Positions 13,071 through 26,097 of a stretch of 64,000 bases of DNA are shown here, one piece after another. Position 1 is the stretch's first letter. Every line of letters begins with the position of its first letter. Source of the stretch: Malacoraja senta (taxonomy: Eukaryota); contig CM075993.1 of NCBI GenBank assembly GCA_038087875.1, positions 12,154,001 through 12,218,000 on the forward strand. The letters are read 5' to 3'. Under the pieces are notes generated by a model. That model worked only from the letters and a program-made list of their open reading frames with translations, did no database searches and was not told where the DNA came from. Made by a program: the position numbers and the translations under genes.

Positions 13071-13914
13071 GAGAGAGATTTAGAGATTCCTTTATTTGTC
13101 ATTCAGACCTTTCGGTCTGAACGAAATTTTGTTGCCTGCAGTCATACATATAATAATAAATGACAAAACACACAATAAACACAAATTAACATCCACCACA
13201 GTGAGTTCACCAGGCACCTCCTCACTGTGATGGAGGCAAAAGTCTTAAAGTCTCTGTCTCTTCCCGCTTTCTTCTCCCTCTGCGCTGAGGCGATCCAGGC
13301 TTCTGATGCTGTGGCCCCGCCGGGCGACGGTAAGCCAGTCCAGCGGCCGAATCCGTGCTCCGCGACGGGCCGGCTCAAACTCCGCGGCCCGGGGTGGTCG
13401 AAGCTGCCGCCCTCCAGTCCAGCGGACGCAGCTGTAGTTGCGGGAGCCCCAGAAAAACAGGTCACCAACCTGTGACCTGCGAGCTCCCGACGATGTCGTC
13501 CACCGGGCCCGCGGCCGAGCCTCCGGATTCAGGTCGCCACCAGTGTCCTCGGTCGCCACCGCCGGAACGCCATCGCAGACCCGAAGTCGGCCAGCCTCGC
13601 GCTGGTAAGTCCTGGCTCTGCCTCCGGAGCCTCGAGGTCGGTCGGTCGCTCGCAGTTGGAGTTGGAGGCCGGCAGCTCTGCCATTTTGGCCTCAGCGCAG
13701 ACGGAGGCAGAGAAGGGGGATACGACAAGAAAAAGTCGCATTCCCCCGAAGGAAGAGACAAAAGTCATGTTTCACCCCCCCACCCCCCCACCCCACACAT
13801 ACACAACCCAATAAACTAAAATTTAACTGAAACAGGACAAAAGAAAACAACAACAAAAGTAAAAACAGACGGACTGCAGGAGAGCCGCTGCTGTACGACA
13901 GCGCCGCCACTTCC
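13071..13914 (-). mobile_element. GC-rich non-coding retroposon (family X), apparently full length
   Basis: Starts GGAAGTGGCGGCGCTG on the minus strand. T-rich and G-run leader, stem-loop 13193-13233, terminal hairpin 13102-13121, AATAAA and a short repeat tail. Confidence 0.7.
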
Positions 13915-14029
13915 ATTAAGGGAAAGAGAGTGATGAGAGAGAGAGAGAGGGAGAGAGAGAACAGGGCCGTCAGTAACCAAAATGGTCATCTCTGTGTGGA
14001 GTTGCAGGAGATGGGCAAGGTCCACAATG

Positions 14030-14945
14030 AACAATTCTCCTCTGTTCTTACTGACATGAAGACAAGGATCTTGGGACAGTTAATGGCAGTGTCTTGAGGA
14101 CAGACAGTATTACGGACAAGGAGGTACTGACCGTACTAAAGCCTATCTCATGGGCCTGATTAGATATATGCGAGGACATGGTGGAAAGCTAGAGAAGCCC
14201 CGGCTGAGATGTATGAATCAGCATTAGATGTGGGTGAGGTGCCAGAAGTCTGGAGGGTGGCTAATGTTCGGCCTCTATTTACGAAGGGTTGCAAAAACCT
14301 GGAACTTTAGTTCAGTGAGTGTAACATCTCTAGCAGGCAGGTCACTGGAGACTACTCTGCTGGATATATACACTTGGATGGATGGGAGTTGGTCTGGTTT
14401 TGTACAAATCATCTCACGAATCTGATAGAAGATGTAACCTAAAAGGTTGATGAGGACAGAGCTATAGCCATAGGTGTTTTGGACTTCAGCAAAGCATTTG
14501 ATAAGGTTCCACATGGTAGGCTGCTCTGGAAGGTTAGATCGCAGGGGATCTAGGGAGAGTGAGCTGACTGGATGAAAAATTGGCATCGCGGAAAGACGCA
14601 GAGGGTGATGGTGGAGGGGTACTGTTTGGAATGGAGGCCTGTGACTAGTGGTGTGCCTCAGGGTTTGGTACTGAGCCCATTGCAGTTTGTGGTTTATATT
14701 AATCATTGCATGAGAATGTACAAGACATGATTAGTATGTTTGCAGATGACACTAAAGTACTATTGTAGATGGTGAAGATGGTTATCAAAAATGACAGCAG
14801 GATCTTGATCAGTTGGACAAGTGGGCTGAGCAATGGTGAATGGAGTTGATACAGATAAGTGCAAGGTGCTGCATTTTGGGAAGTCACCTTGACAGTGAGC
14901 GGCAGGGCCCTGGGGAGAGTTGTCGAGTTGAAGGATCTCGAGTGC
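14030..14945 (+). mobile_element. Old, degenerate CR1 LINE (RT region); continues at about 15680-15940
   Basis: Recognisable gacttcagcaaagcatttgataaggttcc (DFSKAFDKV), gtgcctcaggg (VPQG) and tttgcagatgac (FADD). Confidence 0.8.
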
Positions 14946-14990
14946 AGGTGGCATCACAGGGTGGGCAAGAAGTGTCCTTCATTACCACCA

Positions 14991-15660
14991 GGGGGCGCCG
15001 CACTACGGCAGCCTCGCCAACAGTCTGTCTTTTTGTTGTTATTTTCAGTGTGTTTTTAAAGTGTGTGTTAATGTTCTCTGGTTTGTTTTATGTGGGGGGC
15101 GGGGGAGGGGGTCGGGGTAAACGTTTTTCAATCTCTTACCTTGCCAGAGATGCGATTATTTTCCACATCGTATCTCCGGTCGCTCTGTAGCCTAACATCA
15201 TGGAGCTGGAGACCTTGCTCAGGACTGACTTTGAGCCCCACCGCGGGGGCCGTGGACTTACCATCGGAGCCGATCCCTGCCTGGGATCGACGCTCCAATC
15301 GCCACCTGCGGATTTCACCATGGAGGAGCTCACAGTCTCAGGTAGAAACCGATGTCGGGAAGCTCCAACGACGCAGAATGTTCGACCAGCCCCGACCCGG
15401 GGTCAATCGTTCGGCGCGGGGGAGTTGAGACCCCCCTCCCCAAATGCGGAGCTTGATCACCCCAATGCGGAGGGCCCGACCGCCAGCTACAGGAGCCAAG
15501 ATCACCCCGTCAACGGAGGGCTCGCGACCCCCGACCACGGGGGAACAAGAAGGGAAGAGATTTGAACTTTTTTTCAACTTCCATCACAATGAGGAATGTG
15601 GAGGAGTCACTGTGGTGGATGTTTATGTTAAAATGTATTTTATGTGTCTTGTTGCTATTT
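14991..15660 (+). mobile_element. GC-rich non-coding retroposon (family X)
   Basis: Leader ggcagcctcgccaacagtctgtc is shared with the copies at 53274 and 59314. Stem-loop 15581-15618. Confidence 0.7.
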
Positions 15661-18100
15661 ATGATGATGATGATGATTAGAGTGAGTATTACAAGCAGAC
15701 ATTGGGATGTTATGTTACAGTTATACATTGGTGAGGCCAGATTTGGAGTCTTGTGTTCAGTTGTGGTCACCCTCTTATAGGAAAGCTGGAAAGAGTACAA
15801 AGGATATTTATAAGGATGCTGACAGGACTTAAGGGCCTGAGCTTAGAGAGGTTGAGCACGTTATTCCTTGGAGCGTAGGATGATGAGAGGTGATATAGGA
15901 TCATGAGGGAATAGATAGAGTCTTTTATTCACAGTAAAAGGGGCGGCAGGATGGCACCATGGTAGAGCTGCTGCTTACAGCGCCAGAGACAGGTTCCATC
16001 CTGACTTAGGGCTAGCGGAATCAAGGGTTATTGGGAGAAGGCAGGAATGGGATACTGATTGTGGCTGGTCAGCCATGATCACTACTCCTGCACCTATTGC
16101 CTATTGTCTATTCCAATATTAGACCCTATCTCTCAGAATGTCCTACAATCACTTCCCACCACTGATGTATCACCGGACTGTAGTTCCCTGACCTACCCTG
16201 ATCACCGGACATGTTTGGAGGGATATGGACCAAAGGTGGGCAGGTGGGACTAGTGGTAGCTGGGACATGTTGGGCCGAATGGTCTGTTTCCACGCTGTAT
16301 CACTCTACTGGATGACTATGACCTTTTTTTGAAGCCTTCCTGTAATCAAGGCACATCAGGAGCCTCCCTCCAGACTTCTGGCACTTCACCCGTGGCTAAC
16401 CGTGATACAACTATCTCCACCACGCTCTTTCCCACCATGTCCAATTGATCAGGTCCGGGGCATTTATCTACTTTGATCTATTTTATGACCTCTTCTTCTG
16501 CCGTGTGGACATCACCATTAACTTCCCCGAGTTCTGTAACATCCATGTCTTTCTCCAGGGTAAATACAGGCAAGAAATATTCATTTTGCACCTCACCGTC
16601 TCCTGTGGCTCCACACGTCGACGATCTCCTTGAGTTTAAGACTCCCTATTCTCTCCCTAGTTCCTGTTTTGCCATGAATACACTTTAGTTTGGGTTTAGT
16701 TCGAGATCCAACGTGGATACAGGCCCTTCTACCCACTGAGTCCATACTGTCCATTGCTCACACATACATTTGTTCTATGTTATTCCACTTTTGCATCCTG
16801 CACACTGGGGGCATTTTTTTACGGAAGTCAATTAACCAACACGTCTGGGATGTGGGGAAAATTGGAGCACTTGAAGGAAACCCACGTGGTCACAGGGAGA
16901 GCGTACAAACTCTGCACAGACAGCACCTGAGGTCAGGATCGAACCTGATCTACCCACTGTGCCACGCAGAATCCATTTGCGTTCTCCTTTATCTTTTTAG
17001 CCAAAGGTATTTCCCGATTTGTTCTTGCCTCCTGATTTCCTCTTATGTGTGCTACAACCCTGTGTTATGAAAGGGATTCATTTGATCCCAGCTGCCGGTA
17101 CCGGACAGTATCTTGATCAGAGCCTCAGTGTCCTGTCATCTCAGGTTCCTTCTCCTGCCAGCCTTGCCCATTATTTTACCATGGAGATGCTGGCCATGAA
17201 TGCTCCCTGTATAACTTTTAAAATCCTCCCACTTGGCAGATGCCCCTTTATCTGCAAACAGTCTCTCCCCATTCAACCTTTCACTAATGTCACAGAGACT
17301 GGCCTTGCCTCAATTAGAACCATTCCAGTCCTGGTCCCAACCTTCTCCCCTATTCACACACCTGCAATACTCACCTCCAAACTAAACTAACATTCAACTA
17401 TCTACATTAACCTCCATTTGCCATTCCTCAGCCCACTTGGTCAGCTGATCAAGTTCCTGCTGCAATTTTTGATAACCATCTTCACTGTCTGAAGAGGAGG
17501 AAGAAGGTAAAAGTGATTTGCCTTCCATCACAGTGGGGAAGGTGAGGTGGCCGAAACACAAGATGGATGCTGGTGGGGACTGGGAGGGAGTGGCGTGAGT
17601 GCGGTGATCTCGGTGTTTAGCAGGGACATGGCTCCATGAGGACATCATGGAGTCTGGTGCGAGTGTGGACGCCTTTCTGACTGTTCGGGCGGACAGGGAC
17701 TGCAGAGAGAGTGGTAGCGGTCAGTACAACTGGTCACATGACGACAGGGCTGCCAACTCTCACGCTTTGAGCGTGAGAATCACGCATTTGAATAAGCTCT
17801 CACGTCCTCACGCTGATCAGAAATTTCTCACGCTCTGTGGTGAGAAATTCTGTGATCAACGAAAATGTCAAAACTCAGATAAACTGCACGGTCCGCGGGT
17901 GTTGGAGAGCCGGGGTTGAGGGAGGGATGGAAGCAGCGGGCGGATACAGATGCAGGGAGTCGGGGCTGGCGAGTATTTGCCGGGCTGGCGAGTCGCTCGC
18001 TGCAGTTCCGGCCATGGAGCAGCCCCAGTGCAAGAGTCCCAGGCCGTCGGAGGCGTCGGAAGCGTTGCGAGCTTCGGAGCCTTCGGCACAGAGACTCTCA

Positions 18101-19198
18101 AAGGGAGGTGGTGAGAGAGAGAGGGGAAGGAGACAGGGAGACAGGGGGACAGGGGGGAGAGAGAGAGAGGAGTGAGAGGAGAGAGAGGGAGAGACAGAGG
18201 GGGAGTGAATGGAGAGAGAGAAGAGGAGAGAGGGGGGGGGAAAGAGGGGAGAGAGAGGGGGGAGAGTGAGGTGGGAGAGGGGGGAAGAGAGAGAGGGGTG
18301 AGAGGGAAGAAAGAGGGAAGAGAGAGAGGGGGTGGAGAGGGAGGAGAGGGTAGGAGAGAATGGGAGAGAGAGGGGGAAGAGAGGGGTGGTGAAAGAGAGA
18401 GGGGGAAGAGGGAGAGAGGGGGGAAGAGAAATGGAAAGAGAGAGAGATGGTGGGGAAAAGAAAAAAAGGAGATAGACGAGAGAGGGGAGAGAGAGCAAGG
18501 GGGAGAGGGGTGGGAGGGAGAAATGGGGTAGAGAGGGAGAGAGAGGAGAGATAGATGAGAGAGAGAGGGGGGGAGAGAGAGAGGGGGAGTGTGTGGAGAG
18601 AGAGGGGAGATAGAGAGGGAGGGAGTAAGAGAGAGAGAGGGGGGAGAGAGAGTTAGGGAAAAGAGAGGGGAAAGAGAGGGGAGAGAGAGGGAGAGAGAGG
18701 AGAGGGGACGAGAGAGGGGGAGAGTGAGGTGGGTGGGAGAGAGGGGGAAGAGAGAGAGAGGGGGCGAGAGAGGGGAGAGAGAGGGGAACAGAGGAGAGAG
18801 AGAGAGAGGGGGGGAGAGAGAGAGGGGGAGAGAGAAGAGGGAGGGAAGGGGAGAGAGTGAGAGGGGGGAGAGAGGAGAGAGAGGGGGTGAGGAGAGACAG
18901 AGAGGGAGAGAGAGGAGAGAGAGAGGGACAAGAGAGGGGGAGGGGAGAGATAGATTGGGGGAGAGAGAGGGGGGTTGAGAGGAGAGAGAGCGGAAGAGAG
19001 GGGGAGACAGAGAGAGAGAGGGGAGAGAGAAAGGGATGAGAGTGAGGTGGGAGGGAGAGAGAGAGGGGAGAGAAAGAGAGGTGGAGCGAGAGAATGGGAG
19101 AGAGAGGGGGACAGAGAGAGGAGAGAGAGGTGGAGAGAGAGAGGGGGAGAGAGAGGAGTGGGGGAGGGGGAGAGGGGGGGGAGAGGGGGATAGATAGG
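18101..19198 (+). repeat. About 1.1-kb polypurine (GA/G-rich) low-complexity tract
   Basis: Almost exclusively G and A on the plus strand. Confidence 0.95.
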
Positions 19199-19674
19199 CA
19201 GGGCTGCCAACTCCCATGCATTGAGCGTGAGAATCACGCATTTCGCCGAATTCTCACGCTGATCACAAATTTATCTCGCTCTGTTGTGAGAAATTCTGTG
19301 ATCAACGAAAATTTCAAAACTCATATCAACTGCATGGGCAATGGGTGTTGGAAGCAGTGGCGGGGGCAGATGCGGATGGGGAGCGGGGCTGGCGAGTGTT
19401 TGCCGGGCTGGCGAGTTGCTCACTGCAGCTCCGACCATGGAGCAACCTCAGTGCAAGGCGTCGGAAGCGTTGCGCCGCTGCCGTGAGAGTCTCTGTGCCA
19501 AATTCGCCCAGGTGACCGGCATGGATCAGGCTGCGGCTCGGTGCATCCAGGACAACCAGTGGCTGCTGGAAGTAAATACCAAGCACTGGGTAGAAACGGT
19601 AGAAGATATTGGACTTCAAATGGGGGTGGTTGGAGAAAGCATCCTGCTTGCCTGCTAGATTTTCACTTACTGTA

Positions 19675-20330
19675 ACTGCAGGAAAAATGTTCCCGATGTT
19701 GGGGGAGTTCAGAACCAGGGGTCACAGTTTAAGAATAAAGGGGGGGGGGGCAGTTAGGACTGAGATGAGGACATACTTTCTTCACACAGAGAGTTGTGAA
19801 TCTGTGGAAATCTCTGCCACAGAAGGCAGTGGAGGCCAATTCACTGGATGTTTTCAAGAGAGAGTTACATTTAGTTCTTGGGGCTAACGACATCAAGGGA
19901 TATGGGGAAAAAGCAGGAAAGGTACTGATTTTAGATGAATAGCCATGATCATATTGAATGGCAGTGCTGGCTCGAAGGGCCGATGGCCTATTCCTGCACC
20001 TATTTTCTATGTTTCTATGCTTGAGTATATGGCAATAAAACTCGATCACTTGATTTTGAAGCATTCATGCATGGTGGAGGTATAATGTAGTCATAGAGTG
20101 ATACAATGTGAAAATAGATCCTTCGGCCCAACTTGCCCACACCCGCCAACATGTCCCAGCTACGCTACCTGCTTTTGGTCCATACCTCCAAACCTGTCCT
20201 ATCCATGTATCAGTCTACTTTTTCTTAAATGTTGGGATGGTCCCTGCCTCAACTACCTCCTCTGGCAGCTTGTTCCATACACCCATCACCCTTTGTGTGG
20301 ATAAAGTTACCCCTTAAAAAGTTACCTCTT
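19675..20330. mobile_element. Two CR1 3' fragments in opposite orientation nested inside the hAT-like element
   Basis: Plus-strand fragment 19675-20020 (..GKMFPMLGEFRTRGHSLRI) and minus-strand fragment of about 20090-20330. Confidence 0.8.
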
Positions 20331-21224
20331 AAAAATACTTCATACAAAACACATTGAAGTCATACTTCTACAGTGCACTAAAACATGATTTCAGTACATC
20401 AAATTTCAAAAAGTTCCTACGCTGGGAGGGGGGACACCCTCCTTCCACACCCTCTCCCCACTCGGTTTCTCCACTCACTCACCGGGTACCCCCAAGGCCA
20501 GTGATCAGTGATCGCTCAGCCTCCTCCCTTTCCAAAACGCTCCAATCCAATTTAAAGCATATATATTGCATTCAAGTGTAAGTTAAAAGGCTCGCTACAG
20601 TATGCACCTATTGCACAATTTCAAGCTGAAAAATGCAAAAGTTCCATACCAATGGGAGGGGGGACACCCCCTCCCAACCCCCCTCCCAACCCCCCCCCCC
20701 CCCCCCCCCCGGTCGCTACGCTCCCTCGGGCTTGGTCTCTCGCAGTTTCTCACTCCCAACTCTCACCCAATGTTGGCAGCCCTGCATCACGGTGAAGGAG
20801 TGTGTGTGTGTGTGTGTGTGGCCCGGACATTGAACTGATGGCTGTGGCTCTCCGCTTATGCTGTGTGCCCTGGGGATTCTCACATGCCGCTTTCAGCTAA
20901 AGTGTAACCCTTGATTCCTCCCCCTCTCAGTCCCACTCCCATCTAATCATCCTCTAGTTTCACTGTCATCCTGCTTAGTTTCACTGTTTGTATCCATTCA
21001 TTAACACCTTTTCCACAGCCAACAATGGACCATTGTGGGCTCCACCTTTCCTTGATCATCTGGCTGGCTTTGATTTGTTCTTTTCATACCTTTCATTCAT
21101 TCATTCGTTGTACCTTTCATACCTCATGATGGAGTAGATTTGATGGGCCGAATGGCCTAATTCTGCTCCTATGACGTATGAATTTATGAACACTAGTTTC
21201 CCTCTCCCCCGACTCTCAGTCTGA

Positions 21225-22040
21225 TACATAGATACATAGACAATAGGTGCGGGAGTAGGCCATTCGGCCCTTCGCCCCAGCACTACCATTCAATGTGATC
21301 ATGGCTGATCATCCCCAATCAGTACCCCCATTCCTGCCTTCTCCTAATACCCCTTGATTCCACTAGCCCTAAGAGCTCTATCTAACTCTCTTTTGAATGC
21401 ATCCAGTTAATTGGCCTCCACTGCCTTCTAAGGGCCAGAATTTCACAAATTCACAACTCTGTGTGAAAAAGTTTTTCCTCATCTCAGTTCTAAATGGCCT
21501 ACCCCTTATTCTTAAACTGTGGCCCCTTGTTCTGGACTCCCCCAACATCGGGAACATATTTTCTGCCTCTAGCGTGTCCAATCCCTTAATAATTGTATAT
21601 GTTTCTATAAGATCCCCTCTCATCCTTCCAAATTCCAGTGAATACAAGCCCAGTCGCTCCATTCTTTCATCATATGACAGTCCCGCCATCCCGGGAATTA
21701 ACTTTGTGAACCTACGCTGCACTCCCTCAATAGCAAGAATGTCCTTCCTCAAATTATGAGACCAAAACTGCACACATTACTCCAGATGTGGTCTCACTAG
21801 GGCCCTGTACAACTGCAGAAGGACCTCTTTGCTCCTATACTCAACTCCTCTCCTTATGAAGGCCAATCTGCCATTGGCTTTCTTCACTGCCTGTTGTACC
21901 TGCATACTTACTTTCAGTGACTGATGTACAAAGACACCCAGGTCTCGTTGTACTTCCCCTTTTCCTAACCTGACACCATTCAGATAATAATCTGCCTTCC
22001 CGTTCTTGCCACCAAAGTGGATAACCTCACATTTATCCAC
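21225..22040 (-). mobile_element. CR1 LINE 3' portion
   Basis: ORFs 21777..22040 and 21378..21773 (DKCEVIHFGGKN..LVRPHLE*..QFWS..SRTRGHSLRI). A second fragment follows at about 22055-22355. Confidence 0.9.
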
Positions 22041-23639
22041 ATTTATTCACATCCAGAATCAGTACCCCGTTCCTGCTTTTTCCCTTGATCCCTTGATTCC
22101 TTTAGCCCTAAGAGCTAAATCTAACTCTCTCAGGTGAATTGGCCTCCACTGCCTTCTGTGGCAGCGAATTCCACAGATTCACAACTCTCTGGGTGAAAAT
22201 GATTTTCCTCCTCTCTGTTCTCAATGGCCTACCCCTTATTCTTAAACTGTGAACCCTGGTTCTGGACTCCCCGAACATCGGGAATGCTTTTCCTGCATGT
22301 AACCTTCCATTCCTTTAAGAATTGTATATGTTTCTATAAGATCCACTCTCATCCTCTACATCACCTATTCCTTTTCTCCAGAGATGCTGCCTGACCCGCT
22401 GAGTTACTCCAACATTTTGTGTCTATCTTAAGTCAAGGACCATCAGATCTACTTGCTGTGGATTCAGTGGGTTGTGTGAGGGCTCCTGTGAGCATTGGAG
22501 GGGAGGGGAGTTTTGTATCATCTCAGTCTGTCTGACTTCATTCCAGTACAGTTTGCTCTTCCAACCTTGCTTCCCAATCCCACAATTTGTCAAAGCAGAA
22601 GTGTATCTGATTAAATGACACGCTTGTTGGGAGGTTTCACCCAGTGGAGTTCCAGAGAACTGCAGATAATTGTAACTGAATAAACCTTGCACCAGAGAGT
22701 CAGAGTCTTGCAGCTCAGAAACAGGCCCTTCAGCCCAACTCGTCCATGCTGACCCATCTAAGCTGTTCACATTTGCTAGCCTTTGGCCCATATCCTTCTA
22801 AACCTTTCCTATACATATCTGGCCAAGCATCTTTTAAGTGTTGTATTTGTACCTGCTTCAACTACCTCATCTAGCAGCAATCATCCTCTGATGAAAAAGT
22901 TGCCCCTCAAGGTACCTATTAAATCTTCCCCCCTCTCATCTTAAACCTATGTCCTCTGATTCGTGATTCCCCTACCCTGGGTGAAAGACTGTACATTCAC
23001 CTTATCTATACCTTACCTCTATAAGATCACCCCTCAGCACCCTGCACTCCAAGGAATAAAGTCCGAGCCTGCCCAACCTCTCCCTGTAGCTCAGGCCTGG
23101 AGGATTGAACCAAGCTGCCCTCCATTATTGGTAATGTTTCTTAAACAGAGGTTGGCAGAGCAAGAAGAATTTTAACAGAAAAACAACTTAAGCGTGCTAA
23201 CCTTGGTCTGATTCTGAAAGTTGTGGCTCAAAAACAAAATCTAGGACCAGAGACCACAGCCTCAGCATTATAGGACGTACCTTTAGAATGGAGATGAGGA
23301 GGAATTCCTTTAACTAGAGGGTGGTGAATCTGTGCAATTCATTGCCACAGACAGCTGTGAGGCCAAGTCGTTGGGTATTTTTAAGGCGGAGATTGACAGA
23401 TTCTTGATTAGTTCGGTTGTCAAGGGTTATGGGGAGAAGGCGGGAGAATGGGGTTGAGAGGGAAAGATAGATCAGCCATGATTGAATGTCAGAGTGGACT
23501 TGATGGGCCGAGTAGCCAAATGCTGCTCCTATAATAACCACAGCTGCTGGAATTAAAAGCAGTAAATGCAGGACTCACTGCGCAGATGGGGGTGTGCTGG
23601 GGAGGGTAAAGCAGAGCTAACATGTCAGATTGTTGACTC

Positions 23640-23870
23640 ATGATCTAGATTCAGAGTCCAAGTCCCACATGGGATGTGAGCTCAAAGCCTCTGCCGAGAG
23701 TTAATGAGGAGTTGAGGGAGAAGCACCTTGCATAGGGATCCGTGTATAAACAAGAGGCCCTTTGTTCTCTCCAGCAGTCAGCAATACTCCCACTGCACTC
23801 GTAGGAAGTAAACATTTACCTCAGGGATAATACACAAGAATTAAAGGGATTATAATCATATTCTTCAGAT
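23640..23870 (+). mobile_element. Possible ancient Deu-domain SINE remnant
   Basis: Ordered, degenerate blocks (caagtcccac..gagggag..gcac..taaacaagaggccc..atttacctcag..gattat) resemble my recollection of the DeuSINE/SacSINE1 consensus. Not verified by alignment. Confidence 0.4.
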
Positions 23871-24781
23871 GATGCTTTAGAATCTTAGAGTCAAAGTCAT
23901 ACAGGGCAGAAACAGGCCCTTCAATCCAACTGCCCATCCCGCCCAAAATGCCTCCTCTGCACTGATCTGACCTGTTTGTGTTTGGCCCAAATCCTTCTCA
24001 ACCATTCCTGTCCATGTCAGACACAAAACGTTGGAGTAACCCAGCCTGACAGGCAGCATCACTGGAGAAACGGAACAGGTCGCGACCCTTCTTCAGACTG
24101 AGAGTCAGGGGAGAGGGAGTCTCGAGGTATCGAAGGGTAAGGTGTGAAAACGAAAGATCATTGCTGGTCGCTGCGGACTCGGTGGGCTGAAGGGCCTGTT
24201 TCCTCGCTGTAGCTCTAAACTAAACTAAACAAAGCAAGTCAATAAACAACAGTTTAATTGGGCAATCATGTAATTCGTTAGTCATAATCAGCATAAGAGT
24301 TGGGGAGGGGGAGGCTGGATCCCAAAGGGATTAGCGGAGGGATAATGATTAATAGGGTTAGGGTTAGGGCAGGGCACTAGATCTGGGAGTGACTGGTTAA
24401 CAGAGAAACCGTCATCGGTGGAAAGTGGTGATCTGATGTGAAGAAGCCAGTTTCAGAGACTTTAGGATATTGAAAGCAACACATCATAACACATTAATGG
24501 AAGATTGGGCAAAATGACAAGAGGCAGAGAGTAGAGAGAGAGCAAACCTCAGTTCACTTTCCACCAACATGTGGCACCCTTACTCATCATGAAACCATCC
24601 AAACCTGCCTTAAAACTAAAGACCGACAACCACCTGAGAGAAAAGATTCAGTCTCTTAAATGGGAAGCCCCGGAGTTTCAAACAGAGATCTGTAGTTCTC
24701 AATCCCCTTCTCAAGAGGAAATTTCCTCTCCTCGCCCATCCTGTTAACATGCCTGAGGGCTTTTTATGTTTCATTCCAGTC

Positions 24782-25065
24782 AGGCGGCATGGTGGCGCAG
24801 CGGTAGAGTTGCTGCCTTACAGCGAATGCAGTGACGGAGGCCCGGGTTCGATCCCGACTATGGGTGCTGTCTGTACGGAGTTTGTACGTTCTCCCCGTGA
24901 CCTGCGTGGGTTTTCTCCGAGATCTTCAGTTTCCTCCCACACTCCAAAGACGTGCAGGTTTGTAGGTTAATTGGCTTGGTAAATGTAAATGCGGGATCGC
25001 TGGTCGGCGCGGACCCCGTGGGCCGAAGGGCCTGTTTCCGCGCTGTATCTCTAAACTAAACTAAA
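24782..25065 (+). mobile_element. Well-preserved V-SINE (HE1-like) with Pol III A and B boxes
   Basis: A box TGGCGCAGCGG 24793-24803, B box GGTTCGATCCC 24845-24855, V-domain core, tail gggccgaagggcctgtttcc..(ctaaa)n. Confidence 0.9.
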
Positions 25066-25804
25066 AGTCCCTCTCAGTCTTTAGGAGATACAAATCCAAC
25101 ATGTCCAACTATCACGCATTAGTCTGGTAAATATTCTCTGGATCGCTTCCAATCTATCCGTAAAATAACAAGACCAATAACATCCATGATATTCCCCAGA
25201 TGCCTTGGAATATATTCCCTCTCTACCTTGGAATTAAATTCTCCAGCCAATATATGATGCCATTGTGTAAGTGTTCCTGATGACATGTTGCACAGACTAT
25301 GCTAAGTGTTTGTGAAACAAGCACGTGGACACCTGGACCCCGCTGCAGTTTGAGTAAAACACAAAGTGCTGGAGTATTGGCCTCTGTGGAGGACACGGAG
25401 AGGAGACCTTTCGTGTTGGGACCCTTATTCTACTTTGAGGAAATCCTCATTCCGTGTAGAATCCAGCAAAAAGGACGGAAACAGGCCCACTGGCTCAACT
25501 TGTCCATACAGACCAAGATGCTCTGTGAAAGCTAGTCCTATTTGTCCATATCTGGCTCTGGAAAGTGTTATTGTACAGAGGGACAACGTTCTCTGAAAGT
25601 GGTAAAGAACAAGTGGTGTTTAGCCCATATCCCTCTAAACCTTTTCAATCCACATACAAGTCTTTCCAATGTTGTACCTGCCTCAACTTCCTCTTCTGGC
25701 AGCTCCTTCCATATATGTTGCTCTTCAGCTTCAGAAATCTTTCCCCTCTCCCTTTAAACCGATGTCCTTGGGTTCTTGATTTCCCTCCTCTGGGTAAAAG
25801 CTGG

Positions 25805-26097
25805 ATGGCACACTGACACAGCGGTAGAGTTGCTGCCTCACAGCGCCAGAGACCCGGGTTCAATCTTGACCATGAGTCCTGTTTGTACGGACTTTGAACG
25901 TTCTTCCTATGGCTGCGTGGGTTTTCTCCTGGTGCTCCAGTTTCCTCCCACATTCTAAAGATGTACAGGTTTGTCAGTAAAAATTGTAAATTGTTCCTAT
26001 TGTGTAGGATAGTTTTAGTATACGGGATGAACGCTGGTCGGCGCGGACTCGGTGAGCTATTGGATCTGTTTCTGTGCTACATCTCTAACGTCTAAAG
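25805..26097 (+). mobile_element. V-SINE inserted in a minus-strand CR1 remnant (about 25470-26390)
   Basis: SINE head/core/tail, with CR1 3' sequence on both sides. Confidence 0.8.

Larger units (their letters stand above)
17745..20784. mobile_element. Non-autonomous hAT-like DNA transposon with a duplicated left end and nested inserts
   Basis: 13-bp TIR CAGGGCTGCCAAC at 17745-17757 and its reverse complement at 20772-20784. Flanks catgacga / catcacgg match 6 of 8 (candidate 8-bp TSD). Subterminal TCTCAC repeats at both ends. Confidence 0.75.

Noticed and set aside
13142..13916. Overlapping GC-rich ORFs here and at 15090-15680, 31200-32270 and 46200-46650
   Set aside because: High GC content gives open frames on both strands, the peptides are not recognisable, and most lie within a repeated non-coding element.
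15133..15160. CTTACCTTGCCAGAGATG resembling the U1 snRNA 5' end
   Set aside because: The similarity is only about 7-10 nt, with no U1 stem-loops or Sm site, and it is part of the family X leader.
17868..19241. Long ORFs (457 and 448 aa, Pro/Ser/Leu- or Glu/Arg/Gly-rich)
   Set aside because: They are artefacts of a stop-poor polypurine/polypyrimidine tract, with no domain signature or splice support.
24353..24369. Interstitial telomere or chromosome fusion site
   Set aside because: There are fewer than three full TTAGGG units and no inverted array.
24782..24860. tRNA-like A and B boxes as a tRNA gene
   Set aside because: The sequence continues into the V-SINE core and LINE-derived tail and recurs many times, so it is a SINE head.
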